DNA of 64,000 bases from Gammaproteobacteria bacterium (GCA_965237805.1 OZ250153.1:1280001-1344000); one strand, 5' to 3'. Shown: positions 1-10,705, numbered from the stretch's first letter. Made by a program: numbers and translations. Notes: a model not told the origin generated them from the sequence alone.

Positions 1-62
1 TGCGGAGCGGCCAGAACGGTTGGCTCCTGCGCAGTTCGCGGCTATCGCTGCGGCGATGAGTG

Positions 63-455
63 ATGATGCGCGCACACGATGAGCATGCGCCCGAGGTGGT
101 GGTTGAGGTCGAGCCACGCTATCTGGTGGAGCACTCGGAGCCAAGTAGCGATCGCCATGCTTTTGCGTACACGGTCACCATCCACAATCGCAGTGCGGAG
201 GCAGTGCAGTTGCTACGTCGTCACTGGATCATCACCGACAGTGATGGCAATGTCGAAGAAGTGGAGGGCGAGGGCGTGGTCGGGTTGCAGCCAGTGATCG
301 AGTCTGGGCAATCGTTCCGCTATACGAGCGGCACGGTAGTCGGCACGACTGTTGGCTCGATGGAGGGTAGTTACCAGCTGCGCAGTGAGGGGCGCGGGAT
401 ATTCCCAGTGCCGATCCCAAGCTTTACGTTGGCGGTTCCAGGCAGCTTGCATTGA
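63..455 (+). CDS. apaG: ApaG protein (Co2+/Mg2+ efflux-associated)
   Basis: Motifs FAYTVTIHN, QLLRRHWIITD, EVEGEGVVGLQPVI, F.YTSG and GSMEGSY; lies upstream of apaH. Start could be 60, 63 or 66. Confidence 0.95.
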   Translation: MMRAHDEHAPEVVVEVEPRYLVEHSEPSSDRHAFAYTVTIHNRSAEAVQLLRRHWIITDSDGNVEEVEGEGVVGLQPVIESGQSFRYTSGTVVGTTVGSMEGSYQLRSEGRGIFPVPIPSFTLAVPGSLH

Positions 456-661
456 ACTGCGCGCCCACTACACTATTGTGCTGATAGTCGGTGTCGAGCG
501 GGATCGTGTTAAACTGGCCACAGTGGCATTTTGGGCGGCTTGCTGGCATGTTGCCGTGTGCTTTAGGCAGCAAAATTGGACGATTGCTGTGGTCGATGTC
601 AGCACAGGCTGGGATTGGATGGTGGGGAGACAGGGCACGGTGAGGGAGTGTAGCATCTATC

Positions 662-2515
662 ATGCTAAACGATACTGAACCCAGCGTGGTGAAGATCACA
701 ACTATTGCCGAGTTTATCACTTGGATTGAGCAACGGTTACCGTTGCAGAATGATCAAGGCTCCTATATCTATCACGGCTTCAGAGATGCGCGGTGGCTGC
801 CGCAGTCGGCGATCTATCGAGAGATCGCTGCCGATAACGAGGATCCCGCAATCTATACCACTTACAGAACCAAGGTGGAGTTGCTGTTGCGGGGAGCTAA
901 GGAGAGACGATTTAATTATTCTGGGCCGCAACAATCGCTGTCCGATTTGGAGCTGATGGCAGATCTGCAACATAATCATGCCCGCACTATGCTCATTGAT
1001 TTCAGCTGCAGCCCATTGGTGGCATTGTGGTTTGCTTGTTGTGCGTCGGATCACTCCGGACGATGGGAGCCAGTAGACGGGAGCATCGTGGCACTTAATA
1101 CCGGGCAGCTGCTTTTCAAAGACATTACTCCTGCGGCCTCCGAATTGACCATGACCTTGGACCAATGCATGGAGGTGGCAGCAAAAAGAGAGGCGGCTGG
1201 ATGGAATGCGACTCAGGGGTCGTCCCCTAAGTGGTATATATGGCGGAGCCAATATTTGACCGAAAGGACAAAAGCGCAAGATTCATTCTTTATATTTGGT
1301 TGGCCAGAACACCCTGTCGACTTGCTCTCGGCAGGTGATACTGTATTGATCGATTGCCATGCCAAGCACAATATCTTAGACCAGTTAGATCGGTACTTTG
1401 GTGTCAAAGCGGCCGAACTGTTTCCAGATCGCCATGGCTACGCACGATGGTACAAGGTGCCCACACCCACCGCCCCATTATTTTTGCGACAAGGTCTCAA
1501 GCTATTGCAGCAAGGTGAATACGCACAATCCATTTTGGATTATAACAAGGCAATTGACCTAGATCCAGATAATCCGGTCGCCTATAACCATCGCGGCTTT
1601 GCCAAAGGCCGTTTAGAGCAATATGAGGATGCACTCACCGATTACGACCGAGCGCTTGCGTTGGATCCCAACTATGCTGCAACCTACAACAACCGTGGCT
1701 TCGCAAATCGGAGTCTGGAGCGGTATGCAGAGGCTATTTTGGACTATGACCAAGCCATCGCTCTCGATCCAAGCGTTGCTATGGCTTATAACGATCGTGG
1801 CTTTACCAAAGGTATTTCGGGGCAATATGAGGCGGCGATATCAGATTATGACAAATCGATTGAGCTGGATCGCGGAAATGCCGTGGCATATAACAATCGT
1901 GGATTTGCAAAACGTCATTTGGATCAATATGAAGAAGCGATATTGGATTATGACAAGTCGCTTCTGCTTGATCAAAATTATGCTGTGGCGTATAACAACC
2001 GTGGTTTTTCCAAAGGGAGTTTAGGGCGCTATGAGGATGCCATCTTGGATTATAACAAGGCAATCGAGTTGGATCAAAATTATGATTTGGCGTATAACAA
2101 TCGTGGTTTTGCCAAAAGTTGTTTGAAACGTTATGCAGAAGCCATATTGGATTATGATCGTGCGATAGCACTTGATTTCGACGATGCGGTGGCTTATAGC
2201 AATCGCGGTATTGCCAAGCAACATATGCAGGAGTATGAGGCGGCCATATTGGATTACGACAAGGCGATTGAATATGATTCGGACGATGCGGTAGCGTATA
2301 ACAATCGCGGCCTTGCTAAGGCTAGTTTAGAGTGCTATGAAGAAGCGATATTGGATTATGAACAGGCGATACGATACGATCCTAAAAATGCTGCGGCATA
2401 CCACAATCGTAGCCGCGCCTACAGTCAATTGAGCAACACCGAAAAAGCACAGGCGGACTTTGATATGGCCACCAGTCTGGAAAAGGAGCAAACTGCGGCT
2501 CCACCCCCTGCTTGA
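662..2515 (+). CDS. FRG-domain protein with ~10 C-terminal TPR repeats
   Basis: N-terminal YIYHG...ELMADLQHNHARTMLIDFSCSPLVALWFAC resembles the FRG domain (QHYG.PT.LLD.T..PLVALYFA). It is followed by 34-aa repeats AVAYNNRGFAK..L..YEEAILDYDKAI.LD. Visibly AT-richer than its flanks. Confidence 0.85.
   Translation: MLNDTEPSVVKITTIAEFITWIEQRLPLQNDQGSYIYHGFRDARWLPQSAIYREIAADNEDPAIYTTYRTKVELLLRGAKERRFNYSGPQQSLSDLELMADLQHNHARTMLIDFSCSPLVALWFACCASDHSGRWEPVDGSIVALNTGQLLFKDITPAASELTMTLDQCMEVAAKREAAGWNATQGSSPKWYIWRSQYLTERTKAQDSFFIFGWPEHPVDLLSAGDTVLIDCHAKHNILDQLDRYFGVKAAELFPDRHGYARWYKVPTPTAPLFLRQGLKLLQQGEYAQSILDYNKAIDLDPDNPVAYNHRGFAKGRLEQYEDALTDYDRALALDPNYAATYNNRGFANRSLERYAEAILDYDQAIALDPSVAMAYNDRGFTKGISGQYEAAISDYDKSIELDRGNAVAYNNRGFAKRHLDQYEEAILDYDKSLLLDQNYAVAYNNRGFSKGSLGRYEDAILDYNKAIELDQNYDLAYNNRGFAKSCLKRYAEAILDYDRAIALDFDDAVAYSNRGIAKQHMQEYEAAILDYDKAIEYDSDDAVAYNNRGLAKASLECYEEAILDYEQAIRYDPKNAAAYHNRSRAYSQLSNTEKAQADFDMATSLEKEQTAAPPPA
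1477..2484 (+). repeat. Coding tandem repeat, ~102-bp period (10 TPR units)
   Basis: Recurrent tataacaa(t/c)cgtgg and ttggatta(t/c)ga every ~102 bp; boundaries approximate. Confidence 0.85.
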
Positions 2516-2681
2516 ATGACGGGGCATCTTATCGCTAGCGCCGATGCGCCACACTGAGGCGTCACCAGCTGCAACCATGGTTAGCGATTTGTTGGTTTTT
2601 AATTTGTCTATAGCGCGGCATTTTTGACTGTGCCATGGTGCAAATAACGATCCATGAACCTCTAACTCGTCACGGCATCCA

Positions 2682-3512
2682 ATGGCAAGCTACATCATCG
2701 GTGATATTCATGGTTGCGATGCAGAGCTCGCTTGGCTACTGGATATGGCTGACTTCAATCCCGACAGCGATCGGCTCTTTTGTACGGGCGATCTCGTCAA
2801 TCGCGGGCCTGATTCGTTGGCGGTGCTGCGTCGCCTGTATCGTTGGTCCGAGTCGGTCACCGTCGTGTTGGGCAATCACGACTTCCACTTGCTCGCCTGT
2901 GCCCAAGCGAACCAGCAGCCACGCGCTGGCGATACACTGCAAGCCATCCTTGAGGCTCCCGATCGTGACGAGTTGCTCGATTGGTTGGCCTCGCAACCGC
3001 TATTGCACCGTGCGGGTGCCGCTGAGCTGCCCCCGTGGACGCTGGTACACGCTGGTATCCCACCACAGTGGAGTCTCGCTGCGGCTGGCCGCTATGCCCA
3101 AGAAGTCGAAGCGGCCCTGCGCGGTTCCGGGCGGGGCGCGCTACTGGAGGCTATCTATGGCGACGAGCCCACACGATGGAGCGAGCAGCTGCGCGGCGCG
3201 CCGCGCCTGCGGATGATCGTCAATTACCTCACTCGCATGCGCTTTTGTGGTCCCGACGGCGAGCTGTTGACGGCCGTATCCGGCGGTTCGCTGCGGCCGC
3301 CCCGCCCCGACCATCGCCCTTGGTTTACTTTTGAGCCGCAACGCTGGGCTGGCGAGCAGCTGATGTTCGGCCATTGGGCGGCTTTGCGCGGGCATTGCGC
3401 GGCTGTCGGTGTACATGCGTTGGACACCGGTTGCGCGTGGGGTTACCGCCTGCGTTGTCTGCATCTGGAGAGTGGCCGCTACATCGAATGCCCGTTTGGC
3501 GGGGCTCGCTGA
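2682..3512 (+). CDS. apaH: Symmetrical bis(5'-nucleosyl)-tetraphosphatase
   Basis: IGDIHGC, GDLVNRGPDSL, VLGNHD, VHAGIPPQW, TRMRFC, FGHWAAL and LDTGCAWG motifs. Confidence 0.97.
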   Translation: MASYIIGDIHGCDAELAWLLDMADFNPDSDRLFCTGDLVNRGPDSLAVLRRLYRWSESVTVVLGNHDFHLLACAQANQQPRAGDTLQAILEAPDRDELLDWLASQPLLHRAGAAELPPWTLVHAGIPPQWSLAAAGRYAQEVEAALRGSGRGALLEAIYGDEPTRWSEQLRGAPRLRMIVNYLTRMRFCGPDGELLTAVSGGSLRPPRPDHRPWFTFEPQRWAGEQLMFGHWAALRGHCAAVGVHALDTGCAWGYRLRCLHLESGRYIECPFGGAR

Positions 3513-3616
3513 GCGATGCGCCTGTGTTGCAAGGCATGGCCTTTTAGTGTGCTCACGTTCGCCCTTGATCTGGGCAGTGATCGGTTGGCTAGAATAGCAA
3601 GACTGCCAGCGAGTGT

Positions 3617-4497
3617 ATGCCCGCACCCAGCCATGCGTCGGGAGCGGCTGTCGGTGGCGCATCACATGATCGGGAGGTGCTGACGCTCCCGCCGGTGGTG
3701 GCACAGGACGCAGAACATCTTCCCCATACGGTGCTCGGAGCTATCGCCGATTTCAGCACAGCGATCGAACTAGATAGCCATAATTTTGGGGTTCTAGCGG
3801 CCAGACATCGCCTAAAAAGTCGCGCAGCGTGTGCCAGTGCTATTTGGGCAATGGATACGGCGATAGAGCGCGACTCTATGCACTTCAAGCTCGATGCAAG
3901 GCGTGGCATGGAAAAAGTTGATTGCGGGGGTCTCGACGAGGCTATTTTGGATGATGACAAGGCGATCGAGTTGCGTGTTGATGGTGCGCCCGGCACGGCG
4001 TACTACCATCGCGGTTTTGCGCGAGCTGTGCTCGGGAAACATCGAGCGGCCATTGAGGATGATAGCTCGGTGATTGCGATGTATCCCGAGGGGCATCCTG
4101 ATGCGCATTACAATCGGGGACGATCAAAAATGGTACTGGGGCGCTACCGAGAGGCGATTGCAGATTACAGCCAAGAATTGGCAATATTTGCTGGGGCACC
4201 CGTCTATTACGCCCGTGCTTTTGCCAAAGCAGCGCTCCAGCAGTATGAGTCTGCCATTGCCGATTATGATCAGGCGCTCCAAGTTCACTATGCCAGCTGC
4301 CATGCCCATCACGGGCGCGGCGGGGCTCATATCAAATGAGGCAGCGGTGGATGCTGATGATCGGGCGCTTGTGCTCAATTCCCACGCAGCTGCCGCCTAT
4401 CACAATCGGGGCCGTTGCCAAACTTCGCCTCGGCCCAATGGAAGCGGCGCGGAATGATTTTCATGAGGCGACAAGCGCCGCGCTATTAGCGGACTAG
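3617..4497 (+). pseudogene. Degenerate TPR-repeat protein, frameshifted near the 3' end
   Basis: ORF 3617-4339 has TPR units (AYYHRGFARAVLG, AHYNRGRSK, YESAIADYDQAL). TPR-like sequence continues in other frames (DRALVLNSHAAAAYHNRG, then VAKLRLGPMEAARNDF) up to a stop at 4497. Confidence 0.7.
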
Positions 4498-4741
4498 AAC
4501 ATCCCCCAAACGGTGGTGACACCATATCGGCATCGGTTCTTGGTCAGTGCCGAGGACAAGTGCCCGTGCTGTCGCGTACCAGCTCCTTCGAGCTGTCGTC
4601 ATGCAAGGTGTCCGTTCCTGTCCCTCCGCGTGTGGCACTGGCATGCCGCTGAGTCCGCTGCCATTCCATCCGCACATTTGTCTTTATACTGCTCACTGTG
4701 GGCGCGGCGGTGCGTTGGGCGAAGTGGGAGCGGTGGTCGGC

Positions 4742-5977
4742 GTGGAGGTCTATTTGGTTGGCGGCGCAGTGCGCGATCGCCTATTGGGCTTGGAGGTGCA
4801 CGAGCGTGACTGGGTAGTGGTCGGTGCCACTCCGGAACGTTTGCTGGCCGATGGCTACCGTGAGGTCGGGCGGGATTTCCCGGTTTTCCTGCATCCGAAG
4901 ACGGGTGAGGAATACGCATTGGCGCGCACGGAACGCAAGCGCGGTCACGGTTATCGCGGCTTTGATTGCAATGCCGATGGCGTGACACTGCTACAGGATC
5001 TCAAACGGCGCGATCTCAGCATCAACGCCATAGCCGAGGCACCCGACGGCTCGCTGATCGATCCCTGTGGCGGGCAGCGTGATCTTGAGGCACGGCTGTT
5101 GCGCCATACTTCGCCCGCTTTCGTCGAGGATCCGTTGCGGGTGTTGCGTGTGGCGCGCTTTGCCGCTCGCTTCGCACCGTTGGGTTTCAGCGTCGCTCCC
5201 CAGACGCTCGATCTGATGCGCCAGATCACCTCCGACGGCGAGCTGAAGTACCTGACAGCCGAGCGTGTCTGGCGCGAGCTGGAGCGTGCGCTGGCAGCTC
5301 CAGCCCCGGCCGAATTTCTGCGTGTTTTGCGTGCCTGCGATGCTTTGGCAGTGGTGCTCCCGGAGGTGGATCGGCTGTTCGGCGTGCCGCAGCCGGAAAA
5401 ACACCATCCGGAGATCGATACCGGTGTGCACACCTTGATGGCGCTTGAGCAGGCGGTGCGTCTCGGTGCCTCCCAGACGGCGCGATGCGCCGTGTTACTA
5501 CACGATCTGGGGAAGGGCACAACGCCGCCACAATACTGGCCGAGCCATCGTGGTCACGAGCAGCGCAGTGCTGCGCTCGCCGAGTCGCTGTGCCGCCGTC
5601 TGCGCACGCCGAATCGCTATCGCAAGCTGGGGAAGTTGGTGGCGCGTTACCACACCCATTGCCATCGTGCGTTGCAGCTGCGTCCGGAGACCGTGCTCGA
5701 GTTGTTGGAGGCGCTGTCCGCTCTGCGCCCGGAACTTGGGCCGATGGAGGACTTCCTAGTTGCCTGTGAGGCCGATGCCCGTGGGCGCACCGGCTTTGAA
5801 GATCGCCCCTATCCACAGACTGACTATCTGCGCGCCTGCCGCAAGGCGGTTCGTCGCCCATCGTCCAAGGATGCGATTGCTAGCGGTGTCGCCAAAGGGC
5901 CAGCGCTAGGTGCCAAGCTGCGCGAACTGCGTTGCGCCGCCATCGCGCAAGTGCCCAAGCCGCCGCTTGTCGCATGA
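4742..5977 (+). CDS. cca: Multifunctional CCA-adding enzyme (nucleotidyltransferase + HD domain)
   Basis: VYLVGGAVRD, DWVVVG, EEYALARTERK, DLKRRDLSINA, EDPLRVLRVARF, HPEIDTGVH and LLHDLGKG. GTG start at 4742 chosen by family N-terminus. Confidence 0.97.
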   Translation: MEVYLVGGAVRDRLLGLEVHERDWVVVGATPERLLADGYREVGRDFPVFLHPKTGEEYALARTERKRGHGYRGFDCNADGVTLLQDLKRRDLSINAIAEAPDGSLIDPCGGQRDLEARLLRHTSPAFVEDPLRVLRVARFAARFAPLGFSVAPQTLDLMRQITSDGELKYLTAERVWRELERALAAPAPAEFLRVLRACDALAVVLPEVDRLFGVPQPEKHHPEIDTGVHTLMALEQAVRLGASQTARCAVLLHDLGKGTTPPQYWPSHRGHEQRSAALAESLCRRLRTPNRYRKLGKLVARYHTHCHRALQLRPETVLELLEALSALRPELGPMEDFLVACEADARGRTGFEDRPYPQTDYLRACRKAVRRPSSKDAIASGVAKGPALGAKLRELRCAAIAQVPKPPLVA

Positions 5978-6756
5978 AAGGTTGGGCGCTGGTCACCGGT
6001 GCCGCTCGCCGTATCGGCGCGGCGATTGGCCGCGAGCTGCACAGCGGTGGTTGGGACTTGTTGCTGCACTACCGCCACTCGCGGGACGCAGCACAGATGC
6101 TGGCCGAGGAGCTCGAGGCGGTGCGGGCTGGTTCGGTGCAGCTACTGCAGGCCGATTTGAGCGATGTGTCGTCGGTGCAACGATTGACAGCTAGCGTCGA
6201 TGCGCTGTGCGGCGACGCCGGACTTGCGGTGCTGGTCAACAATGCTTCCTCCTTTTATGCCACGCGCTTGGGGGCCATTGAAGTGAGCGATTGGGAGGAA
6301 TTGATGGGCAGCAATTTGCGCGGTCCACTGTTTATGAGCCAAGGGTTGGCCCCGGCCTTGCGCCGCGCACACGGGAGCCTTGTCAACATCATTGATGTGC
6401 ATGCCAATGGCACTTTGCGCTACCACTCGCTCTACAGTGCCGCCAAGGCTGGCTTGGCCACCCTGACCCGCAGTTTCGCTCTGGAGCTGGCACCAGAGGT
6501 GCGTGTCAACGGTGTCGCTCCAGGGGTGATTGTGTGGCCAGAGCCTGTGCCCGGGCACGAGGCCGATCACGAGGCGCTGTTGCGCGAGCGGCGCGAGGCG
6601 GTGGCTGAGATCCCTCTGCGGCGCGCGGGGGAGATGCAGGACATCGCCCGCACGGTGCGTTTCTTGGTTGCCGAGGCAAGTTATATGACCGGCCAGATCC
6701 TGCCCGTGGACGGCGGTTGGCGCTTGGTGCCGCCGCGCCTCAGCCCGCCAGTCTGA
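5974..6756 (+). CDS. Pteridine reductase / FolM-like short-chain dehydrogenase
   Basis: ALVTGAARRIG, LVNNASSF, YSAAKAGL and RVNGVAPG; ATGA overlap with the cca stop; next to folB. Confidence 0.85.
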   Translation: MKGWALVTGAARRIGAAIGRELHSGGWDLLLHYRHSRDAAQMLAEELEAVRAGSVQLLQADLSDVSSVQRLTASVDALCGDAGLAVLVNNASSFYATRLGAIEVSDWEELMGSNLRGPLFMSQGLAPALRRAHGSLVNIIDVHANGTLRYHSLYSAAKAGLATLTRSFALELAPEVRVNGVAPGVIVWPEPVPGHEADHEALLRERREAVAEIPLRRAGEMQDIARTVRFLVAEASYMTGQILPVDGGWRLVPPRLSPPV

Positions 6757-6783
6757 GCGCGCCGGGCTCAGTGCAACTGGCGA

Positions 6784-7158
6784 TCAATCCGTATCGCTGT
6801 GTCTGCTCGCCGAGCGCTCGATTTCGATGCCTGCTTCCGCGGCAGTGGGCAGGACCCCGGGTTTGGCGGCGCGGATGCGCACACGCTGAATCGGGAGTTC
6901 GCGCAGTAGCAAGGCAGCCATATTTTCAGCCAAGCTTTCCAGTAAACGGTAGTTGCTGGCAGCGGCGAATTCACGTGCCCGTGTCGCCACCGTGCAGTAG
7001 TTGACGGTGCTGTTGATGTGGTCTTCGCTTGCTGCTGTGCGGGCGGCGATCTGGCACTCAATATCCAGCACGATTTGGCGCGGCATGGTGCGCTCGATCT
7101 CATTGATGCCGATGATCGTTTCGACCTTGAGTCGGCGCAGGTAGACCAAATCACTCAT
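6784..7158 (-). CDS. folB: Dihydroneopterin aldolase
   Basis: D.V.L..LKVETIIGINEIER, TVNY, LLESLAE and KPG motifs. Confidence 0.93.
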   Translation of the reverse strand: MSDLVYLRRLKVETIIGINEIERTMPRQIVLDIECQIAARTAASEDHINSTVNYCTVATRAREFAAASNYRLLESLAENMAALLLRELPIQRVRIRAAKPGVLPTAAEAGIEIERSASRHSDTD

Positions 7159-7171
7159 TGCGGTGGTCCCG

Positions 7172-8215
7172 TCAGCCCATGGCCAGCTGAGCGGTTGCTA
7201 CCGGCGGTCGCTGTGTCGTCAGTGACCAGCGCGGGTACACCTGCAGGACTCGATCACCGGCTTGTCCGGCGGCTAGGCGCAGGCAGCCAGCGTGGGCGAT
7301 CATGGCACCGTTGTCGGTGCACAGCGCCGGGGGCGGGCAATAGATTGCAATGTGATCGCTGTCCAGCAGCTCGGCCAATCGCTCTCGTAGACGTTGGTTG
7401 GCACCGACGCCACCGGCCACGACCAGCGTATTGAGGCCGCTTTGCGAGAGCGCACGGCGGCATTTTTCGGCTAGCGTGTCGGCCATCGCTTCTTGGAATG
7501 AGGCGGCGATGTCAGCCACCAGTTGCCGGGGTGGTGGCCCGCCACCCCAGCGCTGCGCACCCAGCGTGTCGCGCACGCGGGTTTTGAGGCCACTGAAACT
7601 GAAGTCGCAACCGGGGCGGGTGGTCATCGGTCGTGGCAGCTTAAAGCGCTGCGCATCACCGTGCTCGGCGGCGGCCGCCACCGCTGGCCCACCAGGATAA
7701 CCCAAGCCCAGCATTTTGGCGACCTTGTCGAAGGCCTCGCCAGCGGCGTCGTCACGGGTATCGCCCAAGATCTGATAGCGGCCGATACCGTCGGCCCGAA
7801 CCAGCAAACTATGACCACCGGAGACGAGTAGGGCGATGAAGGGGAAGTCCGGTGCCCGTGGCATCATCATCGGTGCCAACAGATGTCCTTCCATGTGGTG
7901 CACGCCCAGTGCTGGCAGCTGCCGGGCCAGCGCCAGACCGCGAGCCAAGCTGGCACCGACCAGCAGGGCACCGACCAGCCCCGGCCCCGCTGTGTAGGCG
8001 ATGCCCTCCAGCTTGCCAGCTTGATCTAGTGCCGTACGCACTAGTGGCCCCAAGCGGCGGATGTGGTCTCGAGCGGCTAGCTCCGGCACCACACCGCCGT
8101 AGACCGCGTGCAGTTCAGCTTGGCTGTAGAGCGTCTCGTACAGCAAGCCCTGCCGACTGTCGTAGACGGCGACACCAGTCTCATCACAGGAAGTTTCAAT
8201 GCCGAGGACACGCAT
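7172..8215 (-). CDS. tsaD: tRNA N6-adenosine threonylcarbamoyltransferase
   Basis: [51 protein letters not shown] and CTDNGAMIA; divergent from rpsU. Confidence 0.97.
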   Translation of the reverse strand: MRVLGIETSCDETGVAVYDSRQGLLYETLYSQAELHAVYGGVVPELAARDHIRRLGPLVRTALDQAGKLEGIAYTAGPGLVGALLVGASLARGLALARQLPALGVHHMEGHLLAPMMMPRAPDFPFIALLVSGGHSLLVRADGIGRYQILGDTRDDAAGEAFDKVAKMLGLGYPGGPAVAAAAEHGDAQRFKLPRPMTTRPGCDFSFSGLKTRVRDTLGAQRWGGGPPPRQLVADIAASFQEAMADTLAEKCRRALSQSGLNTLVVAGGVGANQRLRERLAELLDSDHIAIYCPPPALCTDNGAMIAHAGCLRLAAGQAGDRVLQVYPRWSLTTQRPPVATAQLAMG

Positions 8216-8365
8216 TGGAGTGTCGACCATGCCACATAGATTGATGCTGTCTATTTTATAGGGTGCAGCAATTTGTCGGGATGGGGGCGGTGCTGGCTTG
8301 ACTTGCCGGTCTGCGATCGCGTTGATCGATGCCCGCCGTTGCTGCCGATTCAGCCGATTTAGCCG

Positions 8366-8374
8366 TGCTATACT
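8366..8374 (+). promoter_or_regulatory. Putative extended -10 promoter element for rpsU
   Basis: TGcTATACT ends 6 nt before the rpsU ATG. Confidence 0.45.
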
Positions 8375-8380
8375 GAGCGG

Positions 8381-8596
8381 ATGCCTAATGTAAAAGTCGG
8401 CGAGCACGAGGCCATCGACACGGCGTTGCGGCGCTTCAAGCGCAGCTGTGAGCGCGCCAGTGTGCTGTCGGAGATTCGTCGCCGCGAGTACTACGAGAAG
8501 CCGACCACGACGCGCCGCCGCACGGCGGCGATCGCCGCACGCCGCCAACACAAGCGTTTGCTACGCGAGCAACGGCGCTTCAAGCGACTGTACTAA
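8381..8596 (+). CDS. rpsU: 30S ribosomal protein S21
   Basis: 71 aa; [20 protein letters not shown] and C-terminal RLY. Confidence 0.97.
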   Translation: MPNVKVGEHEAIDTALRRFKRSCERASVLSEIRRREYYEKPTTTRRRTAAIAARRQHKRLLREQRRFKRLY

Positions 8597-8697
8597 AGCA
8601 CTTTACTCAGTGCGTTCCCGCTGTCGCGCTGTCGACAGTATTTGGGCTAGGGCTATAATCCAATTCTTGTCGATCCCCTCTGGTGCGGTGCGCCGCC

Positions 8698-10650
8698 ATG
8701 GCTGGGAACATTCCGCGCGACTTCATCGACCAGCTGGTGCAGCGCGCCGATATCGTCGATGTCATCGGTGCCCGCGTCGCGTTGAAGAAGGCGGGGCGCG
8801 ACTATAAGGGGCTGTGCCCGTTTCACCGCGAGAAAACCCCCTCTTTCACCGTCAATCGACAAAAGCAGGTCTACTACTGCTTTGGTTGTAGTGCTGGCGG
8901 CAATGTGCTCAGCTTCGTCATGGAGCATGACAAGTTGGACTTTGTCACTAGCGTGGAGAGCTTGGCCGCATCGCTCAGTCTTGAGGTGCCGCGCGAGGGC
9001 GGTCGTGCGACGGCACCCCCTCTTTTGCCGATGTACGAGTTGTTGGAGCGTGGTTGTCGCTTTTACGAGGATCGATTGCGCCGCCCTCCGGAGAGTGCAC
9101 GAGCGGTGGAGTATCTCAAGGGGCGCGGCCTCAGCGGTGCCACCGCCAAGGCCTTTCGCCTCGGCTATGCGCCGTCTGGACGCGATGTCTTGCGGCGGGC
9201 GCTGTGCGATGGTGATGGCGGCTACCGTCCCGAAACACTGGCCGACTGTGGTTTGTTGCGGCGCGATAGCGATAGCGATGGCGGGGAGCGGCTACGCGAT
9301 CATCTGTGGAACCGGGTGGTCTTCCCGATCCGCGATCTGCGCGGGCGGGTCTTAGGCTTCGGTGCCCGCGCACTGGCTGACGATGTCCAGCCCAAGTACC
9401 TCAATTCACCAGAGAGCAAACTCTTTCAAAAGCGGCGTGTCCTCTACGGCTTGCATGAGAACCTGCGTGCCCACCGCCGCCTCTCGCGGCTATTGCTGGT
9501 CGAGGGCTATATGGATGTCATCACTCTGTTTCAGTATGGCGTGCCGGGGGCGGTCGCCACATTGGGCACGGCACTGAGCGAGGAGCACTTGGAGCTGGCC
9601 TTCCGCCATGTGCGGGAGCTGGTGTTCTGCTTCGATGGTGACGAGGCTGGTCGGCGGGCGGCGGCACGCGCCTTGGCGACAACTCTGCCAGCGATGCGCG
9701 ACGGTCGCCAAGTGCATTTTTTATTTTTGCCCGAGAGCCACGACCCAGATAGCTGGGTGCGCGAGATCGGTGCGGAGGCTTTCACCGAGCAGTTGGAGAG
9801 CGAACAGTGCCCACTGTCGCGCTTTTTGCTCGACCAACTTTCCGATGGGTTGGATTTAAAGACGCCGGACGGGCGCGCCAGTTTCTGGCAGCGGGCTCAG
9901 CAGCAGCTCAGCCAGCTACCGGCGACGATGTTCCGGGAACTGTTGTTGCGCGAGATCGCCCCGGTGGTGGGCATAGAGCTGGAGGAATTGCGCGCTTTCT
10001 TGCCCACCGAGCCAGCCGCAACTGCCTGGTCCACATCCAGTGCCGGGCTTGCGTACGAGCGCCCGCCACCGGAGGCCTACCAAGACGATGCCGCCGCTAG
10101 CCGGAATAGCGCAGTTGCGCCCGCTGAGCTGGAGAGGGCACACACCCACACCCCAGAGCGCGACCTGTTGCTGTGTCTGTGTGGCGAGCCAGCATTGGCA
10201 CAGAGCCCCAGTGCCGATGTGCTATTGCAGGCTTTGGAGGAGCGCCGCAAGGAGCCGCTGGAGCACGTGCTCATCAAAGCGATCGGAGGTTTGCGCAAGC
10301 GCCCGGGAGACAACAAGGGATGGCTGTTGGGCTGGCTTCAGGGTTCACGCGATATGGCGCGGACTCAGGATCCTGGTTTGATGCGCCAGATCCAGCAGTA
10401 TTGTGTCGGTGCATCCCCCACACGAAAGAGTCTCGAGTCTGCCTTTGAGAAGGGGGTGGAGCTCGTTGTTCAGGCTGCCGAGGCCGCTGCCGAGGCCATT
10501 GCGCGGGGCGAGCGCGACACACAGCTGGCGCAACGCATCACCGCACAGCTGGTGGCGGGGCAGAAGCCGACGCCTGAGGATAGCGCGGCGCTCGCCGACA
10601 ACTTGCGCGTAGCGTTCAGCTTCGCTCGTCGGGGTCGCGTCTCAGGATAA
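8698..10650 (+). CDS. dnaG: DNA primase
   Basis: CHC2 zinc finger CPFHREKTPSF...YYCFGC, PKYLNSPES, LVEGYMDV, FDGDEAG and HDPDS; the C-terminal part is divergent. Confidence 0.97.
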   Translation: MAGNIPRDFIDQLVQRADIVDVIGARVALKKAGRDYKGLCPFHREKTPSFTVNRQKQVYYCFGCSAGGNVLSFVMEHDKLDFVTSVESLAASLSLEVPREGGRATAPPLLPMYELLERGCRFYEDRLRRPPESARAVEYLKGRGLSGATAKAFRLGYAPSGRDVLRRALCDGDGGYRPETLADCGLLRRDSDSDGGERLRDHLWNRVVFPIRDLRGRVLGFGARALADDVQPKYLNSPESKLFQKRRVLYGLHENLRAHRRLSRLLLVEGYMDVITLFQYGVPGAVATLGTALSEEHLELAFRHVRELVFCFDGDEAGRRAAARALATTLPAMRDGRQVHFLFLPESHDPDSWVREIGAEAFTEQLESEQCPLSRFLLDQLSDGLDLKTPDGRASFWQRAQQQLSQLPATMFRELLLREIAPVVGIELEELRAFLPTEPAATAWSTSSAGLAYERPPPEAYQDDAAASRNSAVAPAELERAHTHTPERDLLLCLCGEPALAQSPSADVLLQALEERRKEPLEHVLIKAIGGLRKRPGDNKGWLLGWLQGSRDMARTQDPGLMRQIQQYCVGASPTRKSLESAFEKGVELVVQAAEAAAEAIARGERDTQLAQRITAQLVAGQKPTPEDSAALADNLRVAFSFARRGRVSG

Positions 10651-10705
10651 TATAGCGGGGATTGTGGCAGGATGCCACTTGCGCTGAGCCAAGGAGGGCG
10701 GGGCG

